Shown: in pieces, positions 35,123 to 46,421 of the stretch | Layout: every line of letters begins with the position of its first letter | Position numbering within the stretch: the stretch's first letter is position 1 | Assembly: GCA_963845755.1 (NCBI GenBank) | Contig: CAWJTV010000019.1 | Span: 64,001-128,000 of the forward strand | From: an uncultured Planctomycetota bacterium | GTDB lineage: Bacteria; Planctomycetota; Planctomycetia; Isosphaerales; Isosphaeraceae | Reading direction: 5' to 3' | Length of the DNA stretch: 64,000 bases | Made by a program: the position numbers and the translations under genes | Notes under the pieces: model-generated | What the model saw: the letters and a program-made list of their open reading frames with translations, nothing else | Database searches by the model: none | Told to the model about the DNA's origin: nothing

Positions 35123-36314
35123 TGGCTCCCCGCACTTGCATCGTCAACGCGGTCCGGACGCCGATGGGCTCGATGAATGGTGCGCTGGCCAGCGTGCCCG
35201 CGCCGCGATTGGGAGCCGCTTGCATCGGTGCCCTGTTCCAGCGGACCGGTGTCGGGGGCGCGCAGGCCGACGAAGTGATCATGGGGAACGTTATCGGGGC
35301 GGGGCTCGGCCAGAACCCGGCGCGTCAAGCAGCCCTCTTCGCGGGGCTTCCCAACTCGGTCGGTGCGACGACCGTCAACAAGGTCTGCGGGTCCGGACTG
35401 AAAGCCGTCATGTTGGCCGACCAGGCGATCCGGCTCGGTGAGGCCCGCCTCGTGGTCGCCGGCGGCATGGAGAGCATGAGCCGCGCCCATATCTCCTGAC
35501 CCGGGCTCGCGAGGGCTACCGGCTGGGTCACGGCGAGCTGATCGACGCCATGATCCATGACGGCCTCTGGGACGTCTACGGCCAGAAATCCATGGGCGTC
35601 TACGGCGACGCGTGCGCCCAGACTCACGGCTTCAGCCGCGAGGAGCAGGACGACTTCGCGGTCCGGAGCTTCACGCGCGCCCGCGGGGCGATCGCCGAGG
35701 GCGTGTTCCGGGACGAGATCATCCCGGTCGAGGTGACGCTCAAAGGAAAGACGAGCCTTGTCTCCCAGGACGAGGGACCGGCGAAGTTCGACGAAGCGAA
35801 ACTCCGGGCGCTCCGGCCGGCTTTCGGCGAGGATGCCGCCGGCACCATCACCGCCGGCAATGCCTCGAGCATCAGCGACGGGGCCGCCGCCCTGCTGCTG
35901 GCCTCTCACGACGAATGCGAGCGCCTGAAGGTCAGCCCCGTGGCCGAGATCGTCGGGGCTGCAACGCAGAGCCAGGAGCCCGGCTGGTTCACGACGGCGC
36001 CCGTTCACGCGATCCGGAAACTCCTCGATCGCGTCGGATGGACCGCCGAAGCGGTCGATCTCTACGAGATCAACGAAGCCTTCGCGGTGGTTGCCCTGTA
36101 CGCTCAGCGCGCGCTCGCCATCGACCCGGGGAAGCTCAATGTCCTCGGCGGCGCGGTGGCGCTGGGGCATCCGATCGGATGCAGCGGCGCCCGGATCCTC
36201 GTGACTCTGCTGACTGCCTTGAAACGGACCGGAGGCCGTCGAGGCATCGCCAGCCTCTGCATCGGCGGCGGCGAGGCCGTCGCCGTGGCCGTCGAGGTGA
36301 CCGGCCGGCCGTAG
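35119..36314 (+). CDS. Acetyl-CoA C-acetyltransferase (thiolase), frameshift near 35495
   Basis: [51 protein letters not shown]. Confidence 0.93.
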
Positions 36315-36467
36315 TCCGCGGCCAGAACCGACGACTGCCCCCTGGCGATCCGGTCCCGGCCGGTTGACAATAGGCTCCCAGGTCTCCTGGGATGCCAGCC
36401 GCGTGGCCTGCGACGACCACGGCCCCTCTCTGTCGGCATCCCGGCGGCGCGCTGGGGAGATTAGCCG

Positions 36468-37283
36468 ATGAAGATTCATGGGAAATGTGCCATCGTGACC
36501 GGTGCGGGCAACGGGATCGGGCAGGCTGTCGCGATCGAGCTGGCGCAGCGGGGGGCCGGCGCGGTGGCCTTGGTTGACCGCAACGAGAGCGTCCTCCGCG
36601 TGGCCCGGATGATCAACGATCGCCTGGACGCACCCATCGCCGAAGCGTTGATCGGCGACACGACCGACGAGGAGTTCCGCCGCAGGTCCTTCGACCTGCT
36701 CTGCGCCAAGCACGGTGCGCCACGGGTCTGCGTGCCGGCCGCGGGTATGAACCGCGACCAGTTGGCCGTGAAGATGGACAAGGTCACCGGCAAACCGGTG
36801 ATCTATCCGGTCGATACCTTCCGCCTGCTCGTCGAGGTGAATTTGATCGCGCCGGTCTACTGGGCGATGGAGATGGTGGTGCGCCTCGCCGAGGAGCGGA
36901 AGTCGCAAGGGCGCGGCCGCTGGGAGCCCAACGAGGGCACCCAGGGGACGGTGATCTTCATCGGGTCGATTTCCTCGCAGGGGATCCCCGGTCAAATCGC
37001 CTACGCGGCGACCAAGGCCGCGCTGGAGGGTGCCGCGGCGACCCTGAGCAAGGAGGCGATGTACCACGGGGTTCGTTGCGCCGTGATCCATCCGGGGTTC
37101 ACGGACACGCAGATGGTCCGCGCGCTGGGAGAAGATTTCATCCAGCGCAACATCCTCCCCTACACCCAGTTGAAACGGCTGATCGACCCGGCCGAGATCG
37201 CCGACGCCATCTATTTCATGATCTGCAACTCGGCCGTCAGCGGCGAGCTCTGGGCGGACGCCGGATGGCACCCCCGGGCGTGA
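36468..37283 (+). CDS. Short-chain dehydrogenase/reductase
   Basis: VTGAGNGIG, VNL, YAATK, HPGFTDT. Confidence 0.92.
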   Translation: MKIHGKCAIVTGAGNGIGQAVAIELAQRGAGAVALVDRNESVLRVARMINDRLDAPIAEALIGDTTDEEFRRRSFDLLCAKHGAPRVCVPAAGMNRDQLAVKMDKVTGKPVIYPVDTFRLLVEVNLIAPVYWAMEMVVRLAEERKSQGRGRWEPNEGTQGTVIFIGSISSQGIPGQIAYAATKAALEGAAATLSKEAMYHGVRCAVIHPGFTDTQMVRALGEDFIQRNILPYTQLKRLIDPAEIADAIYFMICNSAVSGELWADAGWHPRA

Positions 37284-37598
37284 TCGAGCGCCCTGCGCGG
37301 TCTGATTGAGCAGCCAGAAATCGTCCAGGGCCGGTGGCCGCGCGGGAGCGATCCCGGTGAAGTTGGCCTCCCAGAGCGGAAACGGCGCGTTGTCAGCGGT
37401 GGTCCGCTCGTCGCCGACCCTCCATCGAACAAAGCCGGCATGGTAACCCACACGAGCCGGGAATCATTTCTCACTTCTTGCAACGACCGGCTTGTTCCAT
37501 GTCATCACTCATCTCGTCGCGGAGAATTCTTGAAGAAAAACGTGGCGAGCTGCGGACTATGGGTCTCCGTCCGCAGATAAGTTAGTATGGAAACAGCA

Positions 37599-38235
37599 AT
37601 GGCGAGCAACTCGAGCGAGACACAGAACTTGATCCGCCGCCTGGAGGCGGGCGACGAGGATGCTCTCATTGAGCTATTCGCGGCGCTACCGTGAGCCGTT
37701 GCGCCGGATGGTCAAGCTGCGGCTCGATCGACGTCTCCAGGGGCGTCTCGACGCCTCGGATGTCCTCCAGGAAGCGTATCTGGACGTGGCGAAGCGTGCC
37801 GAGGAGTACCGGGCGAATCCGACGTTACCGCCGTTCCTGTGGCTCCGACTGATTACGGGCCAGCGATTGATGGCCCTGCATCGGAAGCACCTCGGGGCTC
37901 AAATGCGCAATGCCGGTCAGGAGGTCTCTCTCCACCGCGGAGCGCTGCCGCCCGCGAGTTCGATCTCGATCGCCGCGATGCTCCTGGGGCGGATCACCTC
38001 GCCAACGCGCGCGGCACAGCGAGCGGAGATGCAGGTCCGGCTCCAGGATATCCTGAATGCGATGGACCCGGTCGACCGCGAGATCCTGACGCTGCGCCAC
38101 TTCGAGGAACTCGGGAATAACGAGACCGCCCAGATTCTGGGCATCTCCAAGTCGGCGGCCAGCAGTCGCTACATCCGCGCCGTGATGCGGCTGAAGAAGG
38201 AATTGGCGGGGATACCCGGCTTCTTCGACGTTTGA
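37599..38235 (+). CDS. ECF sigma-70 factor (kinase-associated planctomycete type), frameshift near 37680
   Basis: MASNSSETQNLIRRLEAGDEDALIELF | RYREPLRRMVKLRLDRRLQGRLDASDVLQEAY..LRHFEELGNNETAQILGIS. Confidence 0.9.
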
Positions 38236-38299
38236 AGTAGCGTTTGTCAATCTCGTACATCTGAGCGATGCTCGCCTTTCCGAACGGAAGGTACGTTCA

Positions 38300-41200
38300 A
38301 TGGACGCTTTGTCTTCCTCTTCGGATCGCGACCCGTTGGAACGGCTGGCCGCCGAATACCTCGACCGCCGCCGTCACGGCGAGCATCCGTCGCTGACCGA
38401 GTATGTCCGGCAGTATCCCCAGTACGGCGACCAGATCCGCGAATTCTTCCCCGCTCTCGAGGTCATGGAAGGGCTCAAGCCCGACCTGGGCGACCGCACG
38501 GGTTCAATCGATGGCCGCGCCGGTTCAGCGACCTCCCTCCAGCAGTTGGGTGAGTATCGGATCCTCCGCGAGATCGGCCACGGCGGCATGGGCGTGGTCT
38601 ACGAGGCCATCCAGGAATCGCTCGGCCGGCGCGTCGCCCTGAAGATCCTCCCGTTTCATGGCCGCATCGACCCGATTCAGATCGAGCGCTTTCGCCTCGA
38701 GTCCCGCTCGGCGGCGCGACTGCACCACGGCAATATCGTGCCGGTCTACGGGGTGGGCGAGCATCAGGGCGTCTACTATTACGCGATGCAGTACATCGCC
38801 GGTCATGGCCTCGACGTCATCCTCGACGACCTGAGGCAGCTACGGGCCGGTGCCGCCCTGCTGCCCCCCGGCGGCGGAGATCCGGGGGACGAGACGGGCT
38901 CGATCGCGGTGGCGCGCTCACTACGGACCGGCCGGTTCACCAGTGCGCCGTCCGTCCCGGACTTGCGGGGCGCGACCGAGACCCTGGCCAGCGACGATCG
39001 CGGCGCCCCGGGCTGCGCAGCCGCCGCACCAACCCCCGGGCCTCGCCCCGACTCTGGCGGCTCGGGTCTCAGCTCCGTGCTCTCGCAATCGAGCGAGTCG
39101 GGATATTACCGCGCCGTGTCCCGACTCGTCGCCCAGGTCGCCCAGGCGTGCGCGCATGCTCACCAGCAAGGCATCCTCCATCGGGATATCAAGCCGTCGA
39201 ACCTGTTGCTCGACACCGCGGGCCATCTCTGGGTCACCGATTTCGGCCTGGCCAAGGTCGAGGGCGCCGACGGCCCCACGCAGACCGGCGACATCGTCGG
39301 TACCCTGCGATACATGGCGCCGGAGCGATTCGAGGGCTGGTCGGACCGGCGCAGCGACATTTACGGGTTGGGCATGACGCTCTACGAGTTACTCACCTTA
39401 CAGCCGGCGTTCGAGGCGGTGACACGGGCCGCGCTGATCGAGCGGGTGATCCACGACTCGCCGCTTTCGCCACGGAAGCACGACCCGCGGATTCCCAGGG
39501 ACCTGGAGACGATCGCACTCACAGCAATCGCCAAGGAGTCGGCGGAACGCTATGCCACCGCCGAAGCCTTCGCCGCGGACCTGGAGAATTACCTGGCGGA
39601 CCGGCCGATCGTGGCGCGTCGGAGTGGTCCTGCGGAGCGGGCCTGGCGCTGGTGTCGGCGGAACAAGGCGGCGGCGGGCTTCCTGGCGGCCAGTGCCGTG
39701 GCATCGCTGGCCCTGGTCGGATTCTTCGTCAGTCTCGCCTTTCACAGCCAACTGCGAACCGCCCATGCCGAGACCGATCGCCAGCGCACGATCGCCGAGG
39801 GTGCGTTGGCCCGCGAGCAACGCTTCCTCTATTACAACCGGATCATCTTCGCCGAGCGCGAGCTGACCGACAACAATCCCTATCGCGCGGAGCAATTGCT
39901 CGATGAATGTCCTCAGGAGAGCCGGAAGTGGGAATGGCAGTACCTGAAACGGCAGTGCCACACCGAGCGACTCTCGTTCCAGGCCCATCATGCCCAGATC
40001 TGGTCACTCGCCATCAGCCCCGATGGTCGCTTGATCGCCACGGGAGGGGAAGATAAGGCCTTGAGACTCTGGGAGGCCGAAACCGGACGCGTAGTCCGGA
40101 CGATCTCAGGATATGTCGATGGGGTTTGGTCCGTGGCGTTCAGTCCCGATGGGACGCGCATCGCCTCCGTCAGTGGAACGTATCGCCAGCTCGATCAGGT
40201 CCGGGTCCACGAGGTGGAGACGGGGCGGGCTCTGACTGTCCCCATCAAAGCGGGCACAGGACTGGTTTCCAGCGTCGCTTTCAGCGTCGATGGCGGGAGT
40301 CTTGTCATCGCCAGCGGCATGTCGGAATCCCAGGGTTGGGTGACCGTTCGCGATGCCCAAACCGGGCGGGAACAGTTCACGATCCTCGTCGGACCGGAAC
40401 CCGTGCACTCCGCTGCGCTGAGCCCGGACGGAACCAGCATCATGGCGGTCGTGGGCCCGAACAACACCGCGGACTTCACCGGCAAGAAGAATGAGATCCG
40501 GGTCTGGAATACCAAGACCCGAACGCTCCTGTTCCCGCCTCGTGGCCACACGAAGCCGATCATGAATGCCCGTTTCAGCCCGGACGGCAAGATGATCGCA
40601 TCGGGAGGTTTCGACGCGGTCGTCAGGATCTGGGATGCCAGGGACGGCCGCGAGATTCGCGCCTTGCCGCGGCCATAGTAGTTGCGTCAATCACGCCATA
40701 TTCAGCCCCGATGGCCGAAAGGTCGCGTCGACGAGCGACGACGGTTCCGCCAAGATTTGGGACCTCGATACCGGCGAGGAACTGCTGGCGTTGCGGGGCC
40801 ACCGCGGGATCTTCCAACCGGCTGCGTTCAGTCCCGACGGCCGCACTCTCGTCACGGCCGGATTCGATGGTGCCGTGAAGCTCTGGGACGCAATGGCGAG
40901 CCCGGAGTCCCTCACTCTGACCGCTTCCGAGTCGCCCGTGCTGGTTACAAAGTTTAGCCCCGACGGTCGCACTCTCATCACGGCGGGCGCGGACCGTCGC
41001 CTCACGCTCTGGGAAATGCCGTCGGGGCGGCTGAAAGCCACCTGGTCTGGCCACGGAGGGACAATCTGGGGGGTGGCTTTCAGTCCCGATGGGAAATACG
41101 TCGCCTCGGCGGCCGGAGATTGGCAGAAAACCAAGGAACTCGGCGAAGTGAACATCTGGGACGCGAAGACCGGCGCCTCCTCCGCCCGTTCCGGGCCCAC

Positions 41201-41869
41201 GGCGCAATCGCGCGATGCGTGGAGTTCAGTCCCGATGGGCGGTGGCTTGCTTCCGGCGGCGGCGAGTGGCGGACACCGGGGCAGGAAGTCGTTATCTGGG
41301 ACGTGGCGACAGGCAGCAAGGTCCGCACGATCCCCAATCTGAAAGGAGGAATCTCCAGGGTCCGGTTCAGCCCAGACGGTCGGCAGATCGCGGCTACCTG
41401 CTTCGATGTGATCGAGACCTGGGACGCCCAATCGGGCGAAAAGCGACTCCGGATGGAGGGGCACGCGGACACAATCCAGGACCTGGCTTACAGCCCGGAC
41501 GGCCGGTGGATCGCCTCGTCCGGCGACGACGGGACCCTGCGGATCTGGGATGCGTCGAGTGGACGGTGCTCCCGCGTCGTCTTCGCCGCCAAGTACCAGT
41601 GTACGTGCGTGGCCTTCAGCCCCGATGGGATGCGCATTGTGTCGGGGGGCGGCGACCAGGTGATCAAGCTCTGGGATCCCGAGATCGAACAGCCGTTGAT
41701 CAGTCTCCGGGGCCACACGGACACCGTCCAGAGCGTGGCGTTCAGCCCCGATGGTCGGCTGATCGCCTCTTCGGACAGGAGAGGACAAGTGAAGTTGTGG
41801 ATGAGAATGGCGGCGGTCGAGCCGACTGCCCGAGCCATCGCGACGTCGCGGGCGGAAGGATCGCGTTGA
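38300..41869 (+). CDS. Ser/Thr protein kinase with TM segment and long WD40 region, frameshifts near 40670 and 41185
   Basis: IGHGGMGVVY, VALK, HRDIKPSN, TDFGLAK, GTLRYMAPE; more than 12 WD repeats. Confidence 0.92.
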
Positions 41870-41926
41870 CCTTCCGAGTCCGATGACGAGCCAGTTGACC
41901 CGAACCGTGGGGAAGGAGGTGAACTC

Positions 41927-42187
41927 ATGTGCGTGAGACGACGCTGTCCGTTCTTGCACAGAACACCGATGATCGTCACCGTGCTCGCCGGAGCGATCAC
42001 ATGGAGCGGATGCGGCTCAGACGGTGCCGGGACGATCCACATCGAGTCGGCCAAGGCTCGCAAGCAGACGATGCAGACCGGCGCGGGGCTGTCAACGGCG
42101 GCGAACGCCAAGCCCAGCCCCCCGGCGACAGTTGGAAAGCCAGTCACTCGTTCCACGATCCATAACACCGTTCGGAAAAAGCGTTGA
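41927..42187 (+). CDS. Small putative lipoprotein
   Basis: Basic N-terminus, hydrophobic stretch and SGC lipobox; directly upstream of the DUF1559 gene. Confidence 0.6.
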   Translation: MCVRRRCPFLHRTPMIVTVLAGAITWSGCGSDGAGTIHIESAKARKQTMQTGAGLSTAANAKPSPPATVGKPVTRSTIHNTVRKKR

Positions 42188-42221
42188 GCTCGACACCTCA
42201 CTCGTGAAGGAGGTCCCTTCC

Positions 42222-43289
42222 ATGATCCGCGAATCTCGCCCAGGTGCCTGCCGGAGCGCCTTTACTCTGATCGAGCTGCTGGTCGTCATCGCGATCATCG
42301 CGGTCCTGATCGCACTCTTGTTACCGGCCGTGCAATCGGCGCGCGAGGCCGCGCAGCGCGCCCAGTGCCTCAACAATCTCAAGCAGCTCGCGCTGGCAGC
42401 ACACAACTATCTCGACGCAAACGGGACCCTGCCGCAGGGCATGCCGTTCCAGGTCGATGGCAACCACCCCGGCAACTCCGCACTGGGCCAGGTCAACACC
42501 GCGCACAGCGTCTTCGTGGCAATGCTTCCCCAACTGGAACAGCAACCGCTGTTTAATGCCATCAACTTCAACATGAACATGTGGAATGCGCCGAATTTCA
42601 CGATCCACAACGTGGGGATCAACACACTACGGTGTCCCAGCGACTACGCGGTCTCCGAGCCCAGGACCCTGCCTGACGGATCGCTGCTGGATCCCGGCGC
42701 GGTCCCGATGCGATACACCAGCTATACGGGCAACGCGGGCACCTGGGTGCTCTGGTTCCAGCAGGACTACCCGCCCCAGCGCTCTATGAACGGCCTGTTT
42801 CATATCCGCAGTGCCGTCAAGTTGGCAGATGTCAGTGACGGTACGAGCAACACGCTGGTCTTCGGGGAGCATGCGCACTCGCTCTACGATGATACCACAG
42901 CTCTCTGGTACAACTGGTGGACGTCTGGTAACTATGGGGATACGTTGTTCTGTACTCTGTATCCCATTAACCCGTTCCGGAAGCTCGACGGCCTGGCCGC
43001 CGACCAGAGTGCCGACAGTACCGGTGACGACCGGCAGGCCCCTTTTCTCCTCGGCGCGTCGAGCCTGCACCCCGGGGGCGCCAACTTCGCCTTCCTCGAC
43101 GGCTCGGTCCGGTTTCTGAAGGACTCCATCAATACCTGGATGATCGACCCGAGGACCCTCCTTCCCCCGGGCTTGACCTTCGATCCCGCCGGCCCCTATC
43201 AGGTGGACCCGAGGGTCGCAAGGCCCGGCGTCTACCAGGCGCTGTCGACACGTAACGGCGGCGAGGTGATCAGCTCGGATTCGTACTGA
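42222..43289 (+). CDS. DUF1559 prepilin-like protein (N-methylation motif, H-X9-DG)
   Basis: AFTLIELLVVIAIIAVLIALLLPAVQSAREAA..CLNNLKQ, DGTSNT, HPGGANFAFLDGSV. Confidence 0.95.
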   Translation: MIRESRPGACRSAFTLIELLVVIAIIAVLIALLLPAVQSAREAAQRAQCLNNLKQLALAAHNYLDANGTLPQGMPFQVDGNHPGNSALGQVNTAHSVFVAMLPQLEQQPLFNAINFNMNMWNAPNFTIHNVGINTLRCPSDYAVSEPRTLPDGSLLDPGAVPMRYTSYTGNAGTWVLWFQQDYPPQRSMNGLFHIRSAVKLADVSDGTSNTLVFGEHAHSLYDDTTALWYNWWTSGNYGDTLFCTLYPINPFRKLDGLAADQSADSTGDDRQAPFLLGASSLHPGGANFAFLDGSVRFLKDSINTWMIDPRTLLPPGLTFDPAGPYQVDPRVARPGVYQALSTRNGGEVISSDSY

Positions 43290-43355
43290 GGCGAATACCA
43301 CTCGTTCCCTTACAGGGCTCTTGAGGTATCCTGGGCTCTTGCCAAGGAACGCTGC

Positions 43356-43775
43356 ATGGCCACTGAATCCTCATCGGATCGCGATCCCCTCGAACAACTC
43401 GCCGCCGAGTTCCTGGAGCGCCACCGCCGCGGCGAGGCCCCGTCGCCCTCCGAGTACGCGGTGCGCTACCCCCAGTGGGCCGACCAGATCAACGAGTTCT
43501 TCCCCGCCCTGGAGCTGATGGAGGGGCTCAAGCCCGGCTCGGCCGATCGGACCGGCTCGTTCGGCGGCCAGGCCAGCGCGCCCCCCTATCCGCGCCTCGA
43601 GCGACTGGGCGAGTACCGCATCCTGCGCGAGATCGGCCACGGCGGCATGGGCGTGGTCTACGAGGCCATCCAGGAATCGCTCGGCTGGCGCGTCGCCCTG
43701 AAGATCCTACCGTTCCACGGCCGCATCGACCCGGTCCAGATCGAGCGGTTCCAGTTGGAATCGCGGGCGGCGAGG
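43356..43775 (+). pseudogene. Truncated Ser/Thr kinase N-terminus, close paralog of the 38300 kinase
   Basis: MATESSSDRDPLEQLAAEFL..LGEYRILREIGHGGMGVVYEAIQESLGWRVALKILPFHGRIDP; homology ends after ESRAAR; no HRD or DFG. Confidence 0.85.
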
Positions 43776-43889
43776 AGTCCGTCGGGTCGCCTTCAGCCGC
43801 AACGGTCGCGAAGATTCATGCGGGTCTCAAACGGTCTCCTGTCGATCTTTCGAAGACCATCATCTCCGTCGTTCAAGAAAGGCCACACG

Positions 43890-45203
43890 ATGCGACGTAG
43901 GAATCGCGAGATTCTTGTCCTCATTCTGGCCGCCTGCCCTTTTTCCCCTTGGCTTGCCAGTGATTGCGTCGCCGCGACGAAACCCAAGATCATTCGCTTC
44001 GGCAAGCTGGTGGATGCCACGGGAAAGGTGCGGCCCGATGCGGTCGTGGTGGTCAAGGACGATCGGATTGTGAGCGTGGGGACTGCGGACTCGACGAATC
44101 CACCCGACGCCGAGGTGATCGACCTGAGCCACTACACGGGAATCCCGGGGCTCATCGACGTTCATACCCACATGACCTTCTACTGGGATCGGGCGCCCGG
44201 CACGCGGCCCTGGACTCAAGCCTCGGAGCGAATGCCGGCCGTCACGGTATTCCTGGCCCAGGAGAATGTGCGCAAGACACTCGAAGCCGGCGTGACCACG
44301 GTCCGCGACCTGGGTGCGTCTGAGTACACCGACATCGCCATGCGCGACTTGATCAATCGCGGTGCGATGCTGGGTCCGCGGATGTTCGTCTCCGGTTACG
44401 GTCTCCAGGTCACCGCCGAGCCGGCACGTCCCGGGTTCAGCACTCCCCGAGGTGGCCAGGCCGACGGGGTACCGGAAGTCCTGCGCCGTGCGACAACAGA
44501 TCGCGGCGGGAGCCGATGTCGTGAAGATGTTCGGCTCGACCGGCAGCGATCAGGACGTCTCCGGACATCAGACCTTCACCTACGATGAGATGAAAGCCGC
44601 CGTCGACGTCGCGCACAAGATGGGTAAACGGATCGCCATCCATTCCTATGGGCCGGATGGCGCCCGCGATGCCGTGAGAGCCGGCGCAGGATTCGATCGA
44701 ACATGCGACGGACATCGACGACGAGACTCTCGCGGAAATGGCACGTCGGAAGACCTTCTACGTCCCCACGATCGATCACAACCGCTATTACGCCGAGCAT
44801 TGCGAGCAATTCGGATACGGCCCGGAGGTGGCCGAACGATTGCAGGATTACCTCCGTCGTAACCTGGAAACCGCGCAGAGCCCATAAAGCCGGTGTTCGC
44901 TTTGCCATGGGGTCGGATGCCGTTTTCACCATGTTCGGCCAGAATACGCGAGAGCTCAGATGGTTCGTCAAGGCCGGGATGAGCCCCACCGAAGCCCTCG
45001 CCACAGCCACAACCAACGGCGCGACTCTGCTCGGAATGGAGAAACATCTGGGCGCGGTCGCTCCGGGATACGTCGCCGACCTCGTGGCGGTCGAGGGCGA
45101 TCCGCTTCGGGACATTGACGTTGTGGTCGAACGTGTCCGTTGGGTCATGAAAGGCGGCGTTGTCGTCCTGAACACCGCACTGTCAAAAACCGGACGCCCA
45201 TGA
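43890..45203 (+). CDS. Amidohydrolase family protein (Xaa-Pro dipeptidase-like), frameshifts near 44490, 44690 and 44875
   Basis: Signal peptide; PGLIDVHTH, AGVTTVRDLG, GADVVK, IAIHSYG, MGSDA, ADLVAVEGDPL. Confidence 0.88.
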
Positions 45204-45207
45204 TGCC

Positions 45208-45570
45208 TCACATGGAATGCAGTGCGATCCGATTGCCTTCGCTGTCGAGGATGATGGCCCGGAAGCCATACGGGCCGATCGGGTGCTTCGGTTGGATGAC
45301 CTTACCACCGTTCGGCTCGACCTCGGCGATGCCCTCGTCCAGTCGTCCCTGTGCATTGAGGTACACGAGCAGACCGTTGTCAGAGGGATTCTCGCCATCC
45401 TTCATGTACAAGCAACCGGTCACATCGGGGTCCGAACCGGGCAAGAGGCCGATCGCCATCCCCGGGTATTCCTGCTTCTTGACCGGACTCCCCAGGACGG
45501 CGGAGTAGAAGCCGATCGCTCGGTCGAGGTCCTTCACCGGGATATCCACCCAGACCACTTGATTGGCCAC
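45208..45570 (-). CDS. VOC/glyoxalase family protein
   Basis: VVWVDIPVKDLDRAIGFYSAVLG..GFRAIILDSEGNRIALH; GGAGG RBS. Confidence 0.92.
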   Translation of the reverse strand: MANQVVWVDIPVKDLDRAIGFYSAVLGSPVKKQEYPGMAIGLLPGSDPDVTGCLYMKDGENPSDNGLLVYLNAQGRLDEGIAEVEPNGGKVIQPKHPIGPYGFRAIILDSEGNRIALHSM

Positions 45571-45700
45571 AGCGTTCCTCCTTGCAAGAGTGCCGAACCG
45601 GCCCCCGGGAGCCCGGGGGCCACCAGTGATCAGAAGTCTACCGAAATCGGCTCGGTGCGCATAGCTCAATCGGATCGTATTTCACGAATTCCGCCAATGA

Positions 45701-46279
45701 CTAGTCCACGCCCGATTCCGTGAAGGAGTCGTCGTTGGGCATGATCATCAGCAACAGGAAATACACGATGACGCCGGGGACGATGGCGGTGAAGAACGAT
45801 CCCAGGGCGAAGGCGATCCGCAGCCAGGTCGGATCGATCCCAAAATAATGCCCGAACCCGCTGAGGACGCCGGAAACCATGGCATCCCCGGTGGATCGGG
45901 TCAGCCGCCTTGGCGAGGTCGACGCTTTGGCCAGCGCGGGGTCGAGCCATTCCGTCTCCGGAGTGTCACCGTGCGCCCACGGCTCGGCGGCGGGAGCCAG
46001 CCAGGTCCCGCAGTGTTTGCACTTGATCGCCGCCGCCTTGATGTCCTCGGCGCAGAAGGGGCAAGTCTTGGTCGCGGTCTCCGTCCCGTGTTCCGCCCTG
46101 GCGGGATCCGGTCCGTTTTGCCACATGGACGCCCATGCGGAAGCCATCGCCTTCCAGCGCTCGGGGTCCCAGGCATCTGCATTCTCCCACCACCTGCGCC
46201 GGTCGCGCGACCGGCAACGGAACGCGCCGTTCCGCTTCTCCTGAGTCTCGCCGCCCGAGGTAGAGTGCTCGGCCTTCAT
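45701..46279 (-). CDS. Zinc-ribbon + PspC domain protein
   Basis: CPFCAE..KCKHCG; LTRSTGDAMVSGVLSGFGHYFGIDPTWLRI..Y..MIMP. Confidence 0.85.
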   Translation of the reverse strand: MKAEHSTSGGETQEKRNGAFRCRSRDRRRWWENADAWDPERWKAMASAWASMWQNGPDPARAEHGTETATKTCPFCAEDIKAAAIKCKHCGTWLAPAAEPWAHGDTPETEWLDPALAKASTSPRRLTRSTGDAMVSGVLSGFGHYFGIDPTWLRIAFALGSFFTAIVPGVIVYFLLLMIMPNDDSFTESGVD

Positions 46280-46421
46280 GCTGAAATCCCTTGATAATGA
46301 GCCGGTCGTCTCCGCGCGCTACAGGGTCCGCGCCGCCATGAGGAGTTATTCGCCCGACCCCCGCCGGATATTTCCCGAGGGACGGTGATCGATGGTGAAT
46401 CATGCTCGCGCGCCATCAGGA

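Noticed and set aside
38300..43775. Diversity-generating retroelement TR/VR pair
   Set aside because: Differences between the kinase copies look mostly synonymous rather than adenine-specific, and there is no reverse transcriptase
43356..45203. Functional kinase-amidohydrolase fusion enzyme
   Set aside because: Kinase part lacks the catalytic loop and DFG; the amidohydrolase has its own start and signal peptide
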